64,000 nucleotides of DNA from an uncultured delta proteobacterium (GCA_963848295.1 CAWKDB010000010.1:864001-928000), one strand, 5' to 3'. Shown: positions 1 through 13,841, counted from the first letter of the stretch. Translations and numbers: made by a program. Notes: generated by a model from the sequence alone, not told the origin.

Positions 1-1020
1 ATAGATCGCGCCCATCAGCGCGATAGGCTTGGGATTTTCCGGCTGAAGCGCCGCGGCCTTTTGGAGCGCGCCGATGCCGCGGTCGGCGACCTCGATCGAG
101 TCGGCCCCGTCGAGCGTCTTCGAGTGCAGCTTGCCCCAGGCGACGTTGCCGATGAACTGGAACGACTGGGCCTTCTCGGCCGGGTCGGTCGCGAGGTCGG
201 CGAGCTTGGTGTACCACTCGATCGACTTGCGCCAGTCGCCGGCCTTGAGGTTGACGCCGGCGAGCGTACCGACCAGGTTCAGGTCGTTCGGCTTCTTGCT
301 GAGGAGGTCGGCCCAGAACGCGACCGCTTTGTCGGCTTGATCGGACTGCAGCCAGTCCTCGGTCATCAGCGTGCGGACCTTCTTCTTGGTCTCGAGATCT
401 TCTTGCTGTGCCTTGAGCTCTTTGTCGCGCTGATCGTCGTTGGGCTGTGATGTTCCCGCGAGCGCGCGCTGCGTGATCTCCGAGCGCTCGGCCGAAATCT
501 TCTTGAGCTGCGCCTCGATCACGTCATCGTCTTCTTGGACCGCGAGCCACACCGTGAAGTGCTTCGCCGACAGATCTGCGAGTGCCGCGTCCGGCAGCGC
601 GCACAGCTGGCTCTGCAAGCACTGAAAGCTCGACGGGCAGCCGTTCTGGTCATCGCAGTCGTGGAAGCTCTTGTCGTGCGGCTTGACGCAGACGCGAGCA
701 GACACCGGTTGCACCCCTGGGATCACCGAGCACGCCTCCGAGCCGGCGAGGTCGAGCAGGATCGGCTTGTCGGAGCCGGGCCGGAACAACTTCGAGTAGG
801 CGAGCCCGAGGTTGTAGTGAATGAGCGGATCGTCGACCTCGGCCAGGGCGCGCTCGTATTGCGCAGCGGCATCGACGAACTGCTTGTCGTGAAACAGGCG
901 GTTACCAGCGCGGTTGCGATTTCGACCGTCGAGCTTGTCGCAGCCGATCGCCGGCGCGACTGCTGCTACCACGAGCAACGTGGCGGCGTAGCGCGCGGCG
1001 CGACCGGCGGTCCAACTCAT
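1..1020 (-). CDS. TPR-repeat lipoprotein with Cys-rich insert (3' end runs off the window)
   Basis: Manual translation from ATG 1020: MSWTAGRAARYAATLLVVAAVAPAIGC (lipobox), then TPR-like AAAQYERALAEVDDPLIHYNLGLAYSK and a Cys-rich segment. Open to position 1; absent from the ORF track because no stop is in the window. Confidence 0.75.
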   Translation of the reverse strand, partial: MSWTAGRAARYAATLLVVAAVAPAIGCDKLDGRNRNRAGNRLFHDKQFVDAAAQYERALAEVDDPLIHYNLGLAYSKLFRPGSDKPILLDLAGSEACSVIPGVQPVSARVCVKPHDKSFHDCDDQNGCPSSFQCLQSQLCALPDAALADLSAKHFTVWLAVQEDDDVIEAQLKKISAERSEITQRALAGTSQPNDDQRDKELKAQQEDLETKKKVRTLMTEDWLQSDQADKAVAFWADLLSKKPNDLNLVGTLAGVNLKAGDWRKSIEWYTKLADLATDPAEKAQSFQFIGNVAWGKLHSKTLDGADSIEVADRGIGALQKAAALQPENPKPIALMGAIY

Positions 1021-1134
1021 GGAGCGCGCGACTATACATAGCGGGGTGCGGAGCATCAACCGCCAAGCGCTCGCATGAACGAGCGGTTTCGCGTAGCCGA
1101 CCTCTCGACCGCGACACCTCGTGGCAAGCGCGCA

Positions 1135-1881
1135 TCACGGCGTCGAGCGAACAACTTCGACGTCGCCGCTGCGCACGCGATGGACACGCCCGCCGTCATC
1201 GCGCAGCAACAGCGCCCCGTCGCGATCGAGCCCGGCGACCTCGCCGACGAGCGCGGCGCCGTCGATCGTCGCGCGCGCTGCGAGCCCGGGCGCCATTCGC
1301 TCGTGCCACGCTGGGATGATCGCATCGAGCCCGTTCGCGATGTAACAGTCGACCCACTGCTCGACATTCCCGAGCAGCGCCGCGGCGAAATCATCGCGCA
1401 TCGGCGCGACTCCGGCTGCTTCGTCGAGCGCGATGGCGTGGGCCACGAGGGCCTCGCTGGTCACCAGATTCACGCCGATGCCGACGACGACGGCTTCGAG
1501 CCGCGTCGCTTGGCTCTGCGCTTCGACCAAGACACCGGCGAGCTTGCGGCCGACGACGAGCACGTCGTTCGGCCACTTGAGCACCGCGGCGGCGCCGAGC
1601 TCGCGCGCCGTGTCGCACACCGCGATGCCGATCGCGAGCGTCATCGGCGGCACCTCGGCGAGCGCGAGCGGCGGCCGGATCACCGCCGACAGGTACAAGC
1701 CACCCGGCGGTGAGCTCCACTCGCGACCGGAGCGACCGCGACCCGAGCGCTGCGCGTCCGCGATCACGACCGTGCCGTGCCGTGCGCCCGCGCGCGCGAG
1801 CCGCGCCGCTTCATCGTTGGTCGAGCCGCACTCGGCCAGCGTCACGCGCTGACAGCCGAGCCAACCCGAACGCCGCGTCAC
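1135..1881 (-). CDS. birA: biotin--[acetyl-CoA-carboxylase] ligase (no N-terminal HTH)
   Basis: [33 protein letters not shown] and GIGVN motifs; GTG at 1881 overlaps the nadC stop. Confidence 0.92.
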   Translation of the reverse strand: MTRRSGWLGCQRVTLAECGSTNDEAARLARAGARHGTVVIADAQRSGRGRSGREWSSPPGGLYLSAVIRPPLALAEVPPMTLAIGIAVCDTARELGAAAVLKWPNDVLVVGRKLAGVLVEAQSQATRLEAVVVGIGVNLVTSEALVAHAIALDEAAGVAPMRDDFAAALLGNVEQWVDCYIANGLDAIIPAWHERMAPGLAARATIDGAALVGEVAGLDRDGALLLRDDGGRVHRVRSGDVEVVRSTP

Positions 1882-2753
1882 GCGCGCACGTCCAGGCCGA
1901 GGTCGACGGCCGGCGCGGAGTGGGTCAGCGCGCCGACCGAGATCAGATCGGCGCCGGCGCGCGCGTAGTCCGCGATCGTCGCGAGCGTGATCCCGCCCGA
2001 CACCTCGACGATCGCACCGCGACCATGCGCGCGCGCTGCGGCGACCTCGACCTGGGCCGGCGACATGTTGTCGAGCAACACGACCTCGGCCGCGGCGGCG
2101 AGCGCTTCGTCGAGCTCGCCGAGGTTCGTCACCTCGACCTCGACCCGCAGCGGATGCGGGGCCTTGGCCTTCGCCGCCTCGACCGCCGCGCGCACCGAGC
2201 CACAAGCGGCGATGTGATTGTCTTTGATCAAGATGCCGCTGCCGAGATCGAAGCGGTGGTTCGCGCAACCGCCCGCGAGCACCGCCGCCTTCTCCAGCAC
2301 GCGAAACCCCGGCGTCGTCTTGCGGGTGTCGACGACCTTCGCCTTCCCGAAACCAGACGACGCGACCGCATCGGCATAGCGCCGCGCGAGCGTCGCGACG
2401 CCGGACAGTCGCTGCACGAAGTTGAGCGCGGTGCGTTCCGCCGCGAGCACGCCGCGCGCCGGGCCACGCACGGTCATCACCAGGCCGCCGCGGTCGACGC
2501 GCGCGCCGTCGGGCGCGACGATCTCGATCTCGGCGTCGGGCTCGATCCGCGCGAACACCGCAGCGGCGATCTCGACGCCGAACGCGACGATCGGCTCGCG
2601 CGCGACCAGGTCGGCCGTGACTTGAGACTCGCGAGTGAGCGTGACCGCCGAGGTGATGTCACCGCGGCCGAGATCTTCGTCGATCGCGAGATCGATCAAC
2701 CGCTCGACCGCCGGCAGCGCGGCGAGGCCTCGAGGTACATGCCGGCTAACCAT
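1878..2753 (-). CDS. nadC: nicotinate-nucleotide diphosphorylase (quinolinate phosphoribosyltransferase)
   Basis: [39 protein letters not shown] and SGGITL motifs. Confidence 0.96.
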   Translation of the reverse strand: MVSRHVPRGLAALPAVERLIDLAIDEDLGRGDITSAVTLTRESQVTADLVAREPIVAFGVEIAAAVFARIEPDAEIEIVAPDGARVDRGGLVMTVRGPARGVLAAERTALNFVQRLSGVATLARRYADAVASSGFGKAKVVDTRKTTPGFRVLEKAAVLAGGCANHRFDLGSGILIKDNHIAACGSVRAAVEAAKAKAPHPLRVEVEVTNLGELDEALAAAAEVVLLDNMSPAQVEVAAARAHGRGAIVEVSGGITLATIADYARAGADLISVGALTHSAPAVDLGLDVRA

Positions 2754-2772
2754 TGCCCGGCAGCCTACAACG

Positions 2773-3582
<810 letters not shown>

Positions 3583-3640
3583 CGGCACCCAGGTTACCAC
3601 CTACGCGGTCCGGCGTTCCCCGCCGCGCGCGCGGTGGCGC

Positions 3641-4549
3641 TTACTGGCCGCTGCGCAGCGGATCGAAGTCGCCGGTGACGACCGAGTCCGCGAGCACCGG
3701 CACGGCGAGCTCGGCGATCAGCGTGAGCTTGTCGGCGGCGAGATCCGCATCGCTCGCGTAGCCCCAGGCCTGGACATAACCGCTGGTCTGCGGCGGCAGC
3801 TGGATCACCATGAAGATGCCGTCGCCCGACGCCGACTCTTGCTGCTGGTGGTGCACCGGCAGGTCGATGCCGGCCGAGAAGTAGTAGCTCTCGGCGCCAT
3901 CGATCAGCGTGGCCGTGCCCGACGTCGTCGACACCGTGCCGATGAAGTTCGAGACCTCATTGCCGTCGCAGTCGTGCACCGTACCGGCGACGACGCCCGT
4001 GCCCTGGATCCGAGTCTCGCCGATCAGCGCCGGCAACGTCTCGGCGGTCGCGTCCGACACGCTCTGGATCCGCGCCAGCGTCTGCGTCGCCATCCCCGGA
4101 TCGACGTACTGGTTGAGCAAGAACGTCGGCATCACGCCGGTGCCGTTCATCTCGAACCCGAACCGCGTCGTGCCGATCGGGACGGTGAACGAGATCGCGG
4201 CGTTCTCGTCCGCGGTCTCCGTGTCGAACGGCGCCGTGTAGTTGATGTCCTGAAAAGCGGTGACCATCGCGTTGGGCACGAGGTTGTGGCTCTGGAAGTC
4301 TTTCACCGTCGTCGACAGCGCGACCGCGACCGTGGTCGGTGTGTCGGTCGAGGGCGTGTTGAGGCACGTGAAGTTCGCCGGTCCGAGATCGGTCGGCGTC
4401 GTCGCACCCGACGGCTCGTTGTTCGCGTGGAGCACGACCGTCGGCTTGTTGAAGCCGATATCCACCGCGGGCGCAGCGTCCGGCGTCGTGGAGCCCTTGC
4501 AGGCGGCGATTAATGACAGGCAAGAAACAATGTGGATACGCATGGGCAA
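3641..4549 (-). CDS. hypothetical lipoprotein, beta-rich
   Basis: Lipobox LIAAC after a short signal; coding-like composition. Confidence 0.7.
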   Translation of the reverse strand: MPMRIHIVSCLSLIAACKGSTTPDAAPAVDIGFNKPTVVLHANNEPSGATTPTDLGPANFTCLNTPSTDTPTTVAVALSTTVKDFQSHNLVPNAMVTAFQDINYTAPFDTETADENAAISFTVPIGTTRFGFEMNGTGVMPTFLLNQYVDPGMATQTLARIQSVSDATAETLPALIGETRIQGTGVVAGTVHDCDGNEVSNFIGTVSTTSGTATLIDGAESYYFSAGIDLPVHHQQQESASGDGIFMVIQLPPQTSGYVQAWGYASDADLAADKLTLIAELAVPVLADSVVTGDFDPLRSGQ

Positions 4550-4631
4550 GCTCCGTGGCGAAGTGGGTGATTTCTAACGGCCACGCCCTGTCGATTGCAA
4601 CGATTTCCTTTCGAGGGGTAAAACGCCATTC

Positions 4632-5696
4632 ATGGACCTCCGCAAGATCCGAGAAATCCTGGGCGCCGAAGGCGCGCTGCTCGACCACCAGTGCAAGACG
4701 ATCCCGGCGAGCTCGTTGACCCTGCCCGGCCCGCGCTATGTCGACGACATCTACGGCGCGATGAGCGATCGAACGCCGCGCGTGCTCGGCGCGCTCCAGA
4801 GCATGTACTCGCACGGCCGCCTCGCGAATACCGGCTACCTCTCGATCTTGCCGGTCGATCAAGGCATCGAGCATTCCGCCGGCGCGTCGTTCGCGCCGAA
4901 CCCGATGATGTTCGACCCCGACAACATCATCCGGCTCGCGATCGAAGGCGGTTGCAGCGCGGTCGCATCGACGTTCGGCGTGCTCGGCGTGACCGCACGC
5001 AAGTACGCGCATCGCATTCCTTACATCGTGAAGATCAACCACAGCGAGCTGTTCTCGTACCCGAACACATATGACCAGGTGATGTTCGGCACCGTGCGCC
5101 AGGCGTTCGACATGGGTGCACGCGGCGTCGGAGCGACGGTGTATTGGGGCGCGCCCGAATCGCGTCGCCAGCTCCACGAGGTCGCGGGCGCGTTCGCCGA
5201 GGCGCACTCGCTCGGCATGTTCACGGTGCTGTGGTGCTATGTCCGCAACAACGGGTTCAAGACCGCCGTCGCCGATCACAACACGTCGGCGGACTTCGAA
5301 GGCCAAGCGAACCACCTCGGCGTCACGATCCAGGCCGACATCATCAAGCAGAAGATGCCGGACTCGAACGGCGGCTATAACGACCCGGCGCTCAAGGGTT
5401 TCGGCAAGACCGACAAGAAGGTCTACACCGATCTGACGACCGACAATTTGATCGACCTCACGCGCTACCAGGTCGCGAACTGTTACATGGGCCGGGTCGG
5501 CCTCATCAACTCGGGCGGCGCGTCCGGCGCCAACGACCTGCACGACGCGGTCAAGACCGCGGTCGTCAACAAGCGCGCCGGCGGCACCGGCCTGATCGCG
5601 GGACGCAAGGCGTTCCAGCGCCCGTTCAAGGATGGGGTCGAGCTGCTCAACGCGATCCAGGATGTGTACTTGAGTAAGGACGTCACGGTCGCGTAG
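4632..5696 (+). CDS. fbaB: class I fructose-bisphosphate aldolase (DhnA/FbaB type)
   Basis: [30 protein letters not shown] and INSGG...KRAGG motifs. Confidence 0.95.
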   Translation: MDLRKIREILGAEGALLDHQCKTIPASSLTLPGPRYVDDIYGAMSDRTPRVLGALQSMYSHGRLANTGYLSILPVDQGIEHSAGASFAPNPMMFDPDNIIRLAIEGGCSAVASTFGVLGVTARKYAHRIPYIVKINHSELFSYPNTYDQVMFGTVRQAFDMGARGVGATVYWGAPESRRQLHEVAGAFAEAHSLGMFTVLWCYVRNNGFKTAVADHNTSADFEGQANHLGVTIQADIIKQKMPDSNGGYNDPALKGFGKTDKKVYTDLTTDNLIDLTRYQVANCYMGRVGLINSGGASGANDLHDAVKTAVVNKRAGGTGLIAGRKAFQRPFKDGVELLNAIQDVYLSKDVTVA

Positions 5697-5728
5697 CGAG
5701 CGGTCGCGGGTCGCTGATACAAATACGA

Positions 5729-6997
5729 ATGCCTCGGCTCGGGGAGATCCTGATCGCGGACGGCGTCGTGTCGGCCGAGCAGGTCGAGCAGGCGCTGCGA
5801 GCCCAGGTCGTGTGGGGCGGTCGGCTCGGCACGAACCTCGTCGAGCTGCATTGCATCGATCTCGATGGAGTCGCCGCCGCGCTCGGCAAGCAACGCGGAT
5901 TGCCGGCCGCGCTCGCGCGCCACTTCGAGGCCGCCGACCCGGCGGTCCAAGCGCAGCTGCCGGCGCTCATCGCGGCGCGCTGGGCGTGCGTGCCGCTGCG
6001 CCGGTTTGGAGAGGAAGGGCGGCTCGCGATCGCGGCGATCGATCCGCTCGGCGCGGAGGCGCGCGTGCTGATCGCCGAGAGCTACGGCATCGATCCCGCG
6101 CTCGTCGTCGTCGCGCTCGCCGCGGAGCTCCGCATCAAGTACCACCTCGAGGCGGTCTACAAGATCCAACGGCCCGCGCGCTTCCTGCGCTCGCGCGGCC
6201 AGAGCATCCCGCCGTTCCCGTTGTTCGAAGCCGACGCGATCGACGAGGCCGACGACGACCTCTCGATCCCGATCACGATCGACGAGGACGGCGAGCCGTC
6301 GGCCCCGATCGAGCCGGCCGAGCCGCTCGACATCGATCTCGACGGCCTGGTCGACGAGGGCTCGCAGCCGTCGGCTCAGCCAACCGGCCGCGATCGCCGG
6401 CGTTACGTCCCCACGCTCGGCGAACCAGAGGACGTGGCTCCGGAAGCCGCGCTCGGTCGGATCGCGATCCGCCGCGTCGCGGTCTTGCCGCGCGCCGCGA
6501 GCGAAGCCCTCGACGGTGATGCACCACTCACGCTCGACACCGCGGCCCGGGCGATTCGCCGCAGCAAAGATCGCGACAAGGTCGCCGAGCTCGTGATCGA
6601 GGCGATCGAGCAGTTCGCACCGACCTGCGAGGCGGCGGTCCTGCTCGTCGTGCGCGGTGGCGTCGCGACCGGCTGGAAGGCGTTCTCGCGCCGCGACTCG
6701 GCGACCGCCGAAATCTCGGTGCCGCTCGATCAACCCGGGCTCGTACCGAAAGCGATCGAAGCGAACGCGGTGATCCGGGCGCACGCGAGCGAGTTGTCGC
6801 CGATCGATCGCCTGCTGCTCGGCGCGCTCGACTTCGCCGACGGCGATCTCGCGGTCGCTCCCGTCGCGATCGCGAGCCGGGTGCTGTGCGCGATCGCCGT
6901 GGCCACGTCTTGCGATGCCGACCTCGGGCCGCTCGATGCGATCGTCGCCGCGTGCGGCACCGCGTTCGCTCGGTTGATCCGCGACGCGAGTCGCTAG
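5729..6997 (+). CDS. MshEN (GspE N-terminal) domain protein with C-terminal GAF-like domain, no ATPase
   Basis: RLGEILIADGVVSAEQVEQALRAQ followed by RLGTNL, an acidic linker and a GAF-like tail; no Walker A motif. Confidence 0.75.
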   Translation: MPRLGEILIADGVVSAEQVEQALRAQVVWGGRLGTNLVELHCIDLDGVAAALGKQRGLPAALARHFEAADPAVQAQLPALIAARWACVPLRRFGEEGRLAIAAIDPLGAEARVLIAESYGIDPALVVVALAAELRIKYHLEAVYKIQRPARFLRSRGQSIPPFPLFEADAIDEADDDLSIPITIDEDGEPSAPIEPAEPLDIDLDGLVDEGSQPSAQPTGRDRRRYVPTLGEPEDVAPEAALGRIAIRRVAVLPRAASEALDGDAPLTLDTAARAIRRSKDRDKVAELVIEAIEQFAPTCEAAVLLVVRGGVATGWKAFSRRDSATAEISVPLDQPGLVPKAIEANAVIRAHASELSPIDRLLLGALDFADGDLAVAPVAIASRVLCAIAVATSCDADLGPLDAIVAACGTAFARLIRDASR

Positions 6998-7019
6998 TGG
7001 CGGCCGGACCGGAGATGGT

Positions 7020-7057
7020 CCGGAGGCTCGCGCCGCCTCCGGAGGCTCGCGCCACCT
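7020..7057. repeat. two tandem 19-bp GC-rich self-complementary units (REP-like or terminator-like)
   Basis: CCGGAGGCTCGCGCCGCCT followed by CCGGAGGCTCGCGCCACCT, intergenic. Confidence 0.55.
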
Positions 7058-7146
7058 CCCGAAGTAGTGCCGCATCCTGAATTGCGATAGAGGCGGCTCG
7101 TGATCGGGCAGGCGGTCTCGGCACGTCGGTTGCTTGGGACCCGCGC

Positions 7147-8085
7147 ATGTCGAATCGACCGTTCCTGCTGCTCGTCGTGTTGTTCGTGCTCGGAACCGTG
7201 TGTTTCGCGCTGCCGTACGCCGTCACCTCCAGCGAGTATCACGCGCTGCTCACGGCGCCGCACGCCACCGGCACGGTCGTCGGCGTCGAGCCGTGGGGCA
7301 AGCACATCGCGGTGCGGATCAAGTATCAGCACCGCGGCCCCGACTCGAAGCTCTATCCCGAGGAGCTGACCACGTACCCGGTCGTCGAGCAGGCGGCGAG
7401 CTTCGCGGTCGGCGAACCGGTCGATCTGATCGACGGGCGCGAGACGATCCTGCCCGACAAGCTGAGCCGCGAAGCGCCATCGCCGATCCTCTTGGCCGGC
7501 GCGATCGCGTGCGCGCTCGGGCTGCTCGGGTCGCTCGTGCTCCACGTGCGGCTGCGGCTGCCGCGCGACCCGCGCACCGCGCTCGAGGTCATCGGCGTCG
7601 CGCTCGCCCGCACGCGCAACGTCCGGCTCGCCGGCGCGATGATGTTCACCATGCTCGGCGCGCTGTTCGCGGTCGTGCCGTTCGCCGATGCGGAGGGCTC
7701 GGCGGGCGAGCGCCTCGGGATCGGTGTGCTGGCGCTGGCGACGCTCGGCGTCGCGGGGGTGTTCGCACGCATCGCGTATCGCCTGCGCGACGTCGAGCAC
7801 AACCCGATCGTCGACTTGATCGAGCATCGCTCGCAGGACATCGCCTGGTTCTACGTGCAGCGGACGCGCGGTCGCTACGGCGTGGAGGTCACCGACGCGA
7901 TGATCTGGAAAACCGATCGCAAGGTCGTGAGTATCCGCGTCGTCCCCAAGGACAGCGACATCATCCTCGCCGAGCTCGCCCGCCGTGCGCCTCACGCCGC
8001 GCGCGGTTATTCGGTGGAGACCGAGAAGCTGTATCGCGCGAACCCCGTGCGGTGGAACCAGAGCGCCGCGGCGGCGAGCTCGTAG
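7147..8085 (+). CDS. hypothetical membrane protein
   Basis: About four hydrophobic segments; coding-like codon bias. Confidence 0.7.
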   Translation: MSNRPFLLLVVLFVLGTVCFALPYAVTSSEYHALLTAPHATGTVVGVEPWGKHIAVRIKYQHRGPDSKLYPEELTTYPVVEQAASFAVGEPVDLIDGRETILPDKLSREAPSPILLAGAIACALGLLGSLVLHVRLRLPRDPRTALEVIGVALARTRNVRLAGAMMFTMLGALFAVVPFADAEGSAGERLGIGVLALATLGVAGVFARIAYRLRDVEHNPIVDLIEHRSQDIAWFYVQRTRGRYGVEVTDAMIWKTDRKVVSIRVVPKDSDIILAELARRAPHAARGYSVETEKLYRANPVRWNQSAAAASS

Positions 8086-8099
8086 CCGCCCAGACGTTC

Positions 8100-8141
8100 C
8101 AGTTGCAGTTGCAGTTGCAGTTGCAGTGGCAGTGGCAGTGG
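8100..8141. repeat. hexamer microsatellite (CAGTTG)4(CAGTGG)3
   Basis: Read directly; intergenic. Confidence 0.9.
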
Positions 8142-8235
8142 CACTGCAGCCGTCTGTTAGGGCGTCGCTCTGCGTTTTACCTGCGACTCCTCGCCGCGAC
8201 CACGCGTCCGGATGGCCACACCCAAGGAGATCCGC

Positions 8236-8520
8236 ATGATGAAGCTCGCTATCGCCGCCACGTTCCTGTCCGCCACCCTGATTTCCGCTGTCAGCTCCGC
8301 GAGCTGCAGCATCCACAACGACACCGGTTACGACTTCAAGGTCGAGAGCGGCAACACGTCGAACCAGAGCGTCGGCGCGCACACGTCGACGTCGATCGCC
8401 GCGGGCCGGATCATCGGCAAGGACGAGAAGTCCGGCAAGACGATCTCCGGATCGTGCAAGGACGGCGACCAGCTCGAGGTCACCGACGACCACGGCGTGC
8501 CGATCCTGACGGTGAAGTAG
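8236..8520 (+). CDS. small secreted protein with two Cys
   Basis: AAGGAG RBS, signal peptide MMKLAIAATFLSATLISAVSSA, beta-rich mature part. Confidence 0.75.
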   Translation: MMKLAIAATFLSATLISAVSSASCSIHNDTGYDFKVESGNTSNQSVGAHTSTSIAAGRIIGKDEKSGKTISGSCKDGDQLEVTDDHGVPILTVK

Positions 8521-8587
8521 CCCACAGGCCGCTAGGAGCGGCACCCTCCTGGACAGCGCCGGCGACTTGCGGCAACGTGCGCCGGCT

Positions 8588-8803
8588 ATGGGCCAGGAGC
8601 ACGCCGCCGAGCGCAAGAAGCACCGCCATGACCTCGGCCAAGAGGATCATGGGCCCAAGCTCGCCGCGAAGACGACCCGCGCGATCCAAGCGCTGCTCGG
8701 CCTGTGGATCGCGCTGACCGTCGGCCTGGTCATCTACGCTCTCGTCGACGCATCGCGGTCCGAGACCGCGCCCGCGGCCGCCCAACCGGCGTCGGCCCAG
8801 TGA
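8588..8803 (+). CDS. small single-TM protein
   Basis: 71 aa with one hydrophobic helix (ALLGLWIALTVGLVIYALV). Confidence 0.5.
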   Translation: MGQEHAAERKKHRHDLGQEDHGPKLAAKTTRAIQALLGLWIALTVGLVIYALVDASRSETAPAAAQPASAQ

Positions 8804-8891
8804 TCCGCGGCAGGGGCCTGCCCGGCTACCCAACCCGCCGGCGATCGGTCATGGTCTTCGGGTCGGATCTCGAGGGGGATCGCGACGCGTC

Positions 8892-10787
8892 ATGATTGCG
8901 GACGAGATCATCGCCGAGATCCGCACCCGCGCCGACATCGTCGCGGTGGTCGGCCAACACGTCCAGCTCAAGAAGGCTGGCCGCAACTGGAAGGGCCTGT
9001 GTCCGTTCCACGGCGAGAAGACGCCATCGTTTAACGTGTCGCCCGACAAGGGCTTCTATCACTGCTTCGGCTGCCAGAAGCACGGCGATGTGTTCACGTT
9101 CGTGATGGAGCTCGAGGGCAAGAGCTTCGTCGAAGCGGCCGAGCAGCTCGGGGCGCGGTTCGGCGTCGCGGTGCCGAAAGTCGACGAGTCGCCCGAGCTA
9201 CGCAAGGCGCGTGGCGAGCGGGTCTCGATGCTCGACATCAACAAGCTCGCGACCCAGTTCTTCCGCGAGATCCTCGCCGATCCGAAGCGCGGCGAACCCG
9301 GTCGAGCGTATCTCGCAAAGCGCGGCGTCGCCGACGCGGTCGCCGAATCGTTCCAGCTCGGCTACGCGCCGGCCGACTGGCACGCGCTCGCCGACTACCT
9401 CAAAGACCAGCGCGCCGATCTCGAGCTCGCGACGAGGCTCGGCCTGATCGCGCGCCAGCCGCGGGCCGGCGGCTACTATGACCGGTATCGCGATCGGCTC
9501 GTGTGCCCGGTCGTCGTCCCGGGCGGCGACGTCGTCGGGTTCTCCGCGCGCGTGATCGGCACGCCGGCGCCCGGCCCCGACGGCACCGAGCCGCCGAAGT
9601 ACATCAACTCGCCCGAGAGCCCGGTCTACAAGAAGGGCAAGCTGCTGTTCGGCCTCGCGCAGGCACGCGAGGCGATGCAGAAGACCGGGCGCGCGGTGAT
9701 CGTCGAGGGCAACTTCGACGTGATCACGCTGCATCAGGCCGGGTTCACCGAGGTCGTCGCGCCGCTCGGCACCGCGCTCACGCTGGAGCAGATCCTCACG
9801 CTCAAGCGGCTCACCGATCGCGTCGTCTTGCTCTACGACGGCGACAAGGCCGGCTACAAGGCGACGATGCAGGCGCTGCAGATCTGCGTCGAGGCCGAGG
9901 TCGAAGCCGAGGTCGCGTCGCGGCCGGGCAACGCGGGCTCGGGAGGCGCCGGGCCGCTCGCCGGCGGCGTCGATCCGGATAGCCTGGTCGCCGGCGGAGG
10001 CAAGGAGCAGCTGCGCGCCGCGATCGAGCGCGCGCAGGGCGGCATCGAGTTCTTCTGCTTCGAGGTCTGGGGCAAGGCTCGCGCGAACGCCGACGCCCGG
10101 ACCCGAGCGCTCGAAGATGCGGCTCGGCTCGTCGCTAAAGTGGCCAGCCCTATCAAGCGTGATCTAATCATCGACACGTTGGCGAAGGCGCTAGGAGTCG
10201 AGCTCGCGGTGGTGCGCAATGCGGTCGCACGCGGCAGCTACGCGGCGAGCCGCCATGACGGCCCGCGCCCGGCGCCCGCCCATCCCAACGCCCCCGCCGA
10301 TGACGGGACGCAGGGCTCGGCACCGCCGATCTCGACCGCGCCGCCGCCCCCCGAGGAGCTCGAGCTGGTCATGTTGGTCGCCGACCACCCGAACCTGATC
10401 GCAAGCTCCGAGGCAGACAAGGCTTTTTGGCTCTTGACGGACGCTAGGCTTCAAGCCATGTATCGCGAGGCTCGGGCGGGTCAATCCTTCCTGGAGCTTG
10501 CACCAGTGCATCTCCCCGCGAACACTGCTCGGCTCGTGCTGTCCGGAAAGTATTCCGAGGCGAAGGACCCGCCGGCGCAGCTGGCGAAGATGGCGAGCAA
10601 CCTCGAGCTGCGATCGACGATGGGCGTCCGCAACGACATGCGGCAGCGCATGGTCGACGCGCAACGCCGTGGCGATCGCGAAGGAGCGCGCCTGTTGGCG
10701 CAGCTCGCCGAGGCCGAACGAAAAGGCGACCGCGAGCTGGCCCAGCGGCTCACGGAAGAAATGTCCAACCGAAAGCAGGCAGATTGA
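8892..10787 (+). CDS. dnaG: DNA primase
   Basis: CHC2 zinc finger CPFHGEKTPSF...CFGC, KYINSPE, Toprim VEGNFD and YDGDKAG. Confidence 0.97.
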   Translation: MIADEIIAEIRTRADIVAVVGQHVQLKKAGRNWKGLCPFHGEKTPSFNVSPDKGFYHCFGCQKHGDVFTFVMELEGKSFVEAAEQLGARFGVAVPKVDESPELRKARGERVSMLDINKLATQFFREILADPKRGEPGRAYLAKRGVADAVAESFQLGYAPADWHALADYLKDQRADLELATRLGLIARQPRAGGYYDRYRDRLVCPVVVPGGDVVGFSARVIGTPAPGPDGTEPPKYINSPESPVYKKGKLLFGLAQAREAMQKTGRAVIVEGNFDVITLHQAGFTEVVAPLGTALTLEQILTLKRLTDRVVLLYDGDKAGYKATMQALQICVEAEVEAEVASRPGNAGSGGAGPLAGGVDPDSLVAGGGKEQLRAAIERAQGGIEFFCFEVWGKARANADARTRALEDAARLVAKVASPIKRDLIIDTLAKALGVELAVVRNAVARGSYAASRHDGPRPAPAHPNAPADDGTQGSAPPISTAPPPPEELELVMLVADHPNLIASSEADKAFWLLTDARLQAMYREARAGQSFLELAPVHLPANTARLVLSGKYSEAKDPPAQLAKMASNLELRSTMGVRNDMRQRMVDAQRRGDREGARLLAQLAEAERKGDRELAQRLTEEMSNRKQAD

Positions 10788-10790
10788 GCC

Positions 10791-13034
<2,244 letters not shown>

Positions 13035-13045
13035 CCGAGCTGGGC

Positions 13046-13429
13046 ATGCAAGCGTTCCTGTCCGACGAGTGGTTCGCCGAGGTCCAGCAGCTGATCGCCG
13101 CCGCCGGCGATCTGCACTTGCCTGCGCCGATGCAGAACGTGAAGATCAACGTCACGATCAAACGCCCTGCCGGCGACGTGCCCGCGTTCGTCCACGAGGG
13201 AGTCGTGAGCCGAGGGCACCGAGAAAGTGCGGACGCGACGATCACGCTCGACGAGGCGCTCGCCCGGAAGCTGTTCGTCGACGCCGATGCCGCCGCCGGC
13301 GTCCAGGCGTTCATGGAAGGCAAGCTCGTGATCGAGGGCGACCTCGCCAAGGTGGTCGCGATGCAGACCGCCGAGCCGAGCGCGCAGCAGAAAGCGCTCG
13401 CGAAGAAGATCGCGGCGATCACCGCGTAG
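13046..13429 (+). CDS. SCP2 sterol/lipid-binding domain protein
   Basis: MQAFLSDEWF...AGVQAFMEGKLVIEGDL, typical of SCP2. Confidence 0.8.
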   Translation: MQAFLSDEWFAEVQQLIAAAGDLHLPAPMQNVKINVTIKRPAGDVPAFVHEGVVSRGHRESADATITLDEALARKLFVDADAAAGVQAFMEGKLVIEGDLAKVVAMQTAEPSAQQKALAKKIAAITA

Positions 13430-13442
13430 CTGCGGCCTCGAG

Positions 13443-13841
13443 CTAGAACGAGCCGGAAGCCGCGATGCCGAATTGCCCCGGTGCGACCATCGGCGCGACC
13501 AGCGTGCGCTCGTAGACGTGACGTTCGTGGATGAACAGCGCGCCCGCGATGCCGAGCGCGACGCAGCCGGCGGCGAACGTGCCCGTGCCAGCGTACTTCG
13601 CGACGTTGTAATCGCGCGTCTCGCGTTGGCGTAGCGCGTCGGTCTGGATCGGCTTGGCGTGTGCGGCGTGGTCGTCCGCGGCGACGTCGAGGTTGATCGC
13701 CAGCGCGGTCAGGCCGAGGCTGACGCCGACCAGCGCGACGATCTTCGATGCATCATGATTCGGATGCGCTGGGCGCTCGGGGTCCGCGTTCGCGGTGGAG
13801 GCCAGCGTTGCGGCGGCCATCAAGACGAGGACTTGGCGCAT
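13443..13841 (-). CDS. hypothetical secreted/membrane protein
   Basis: Signal peptide, two hydrophobic segments and the myxobacterial-style C-terminal VAPMVAPGQFGIAASGSF. Confidence 0.65.
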   Translation of the reverse strand: MRQVLVLMAAATLASTANADPERPAHPNHDASKIVALVGVSLGLTALAINLDVAADDHAAHAKPIQTDALRQRETRDYNVAKYAGTGTFAAGCVALGIAGALFIHERHVYERTLVAPMVAPGQFGIAASGSF

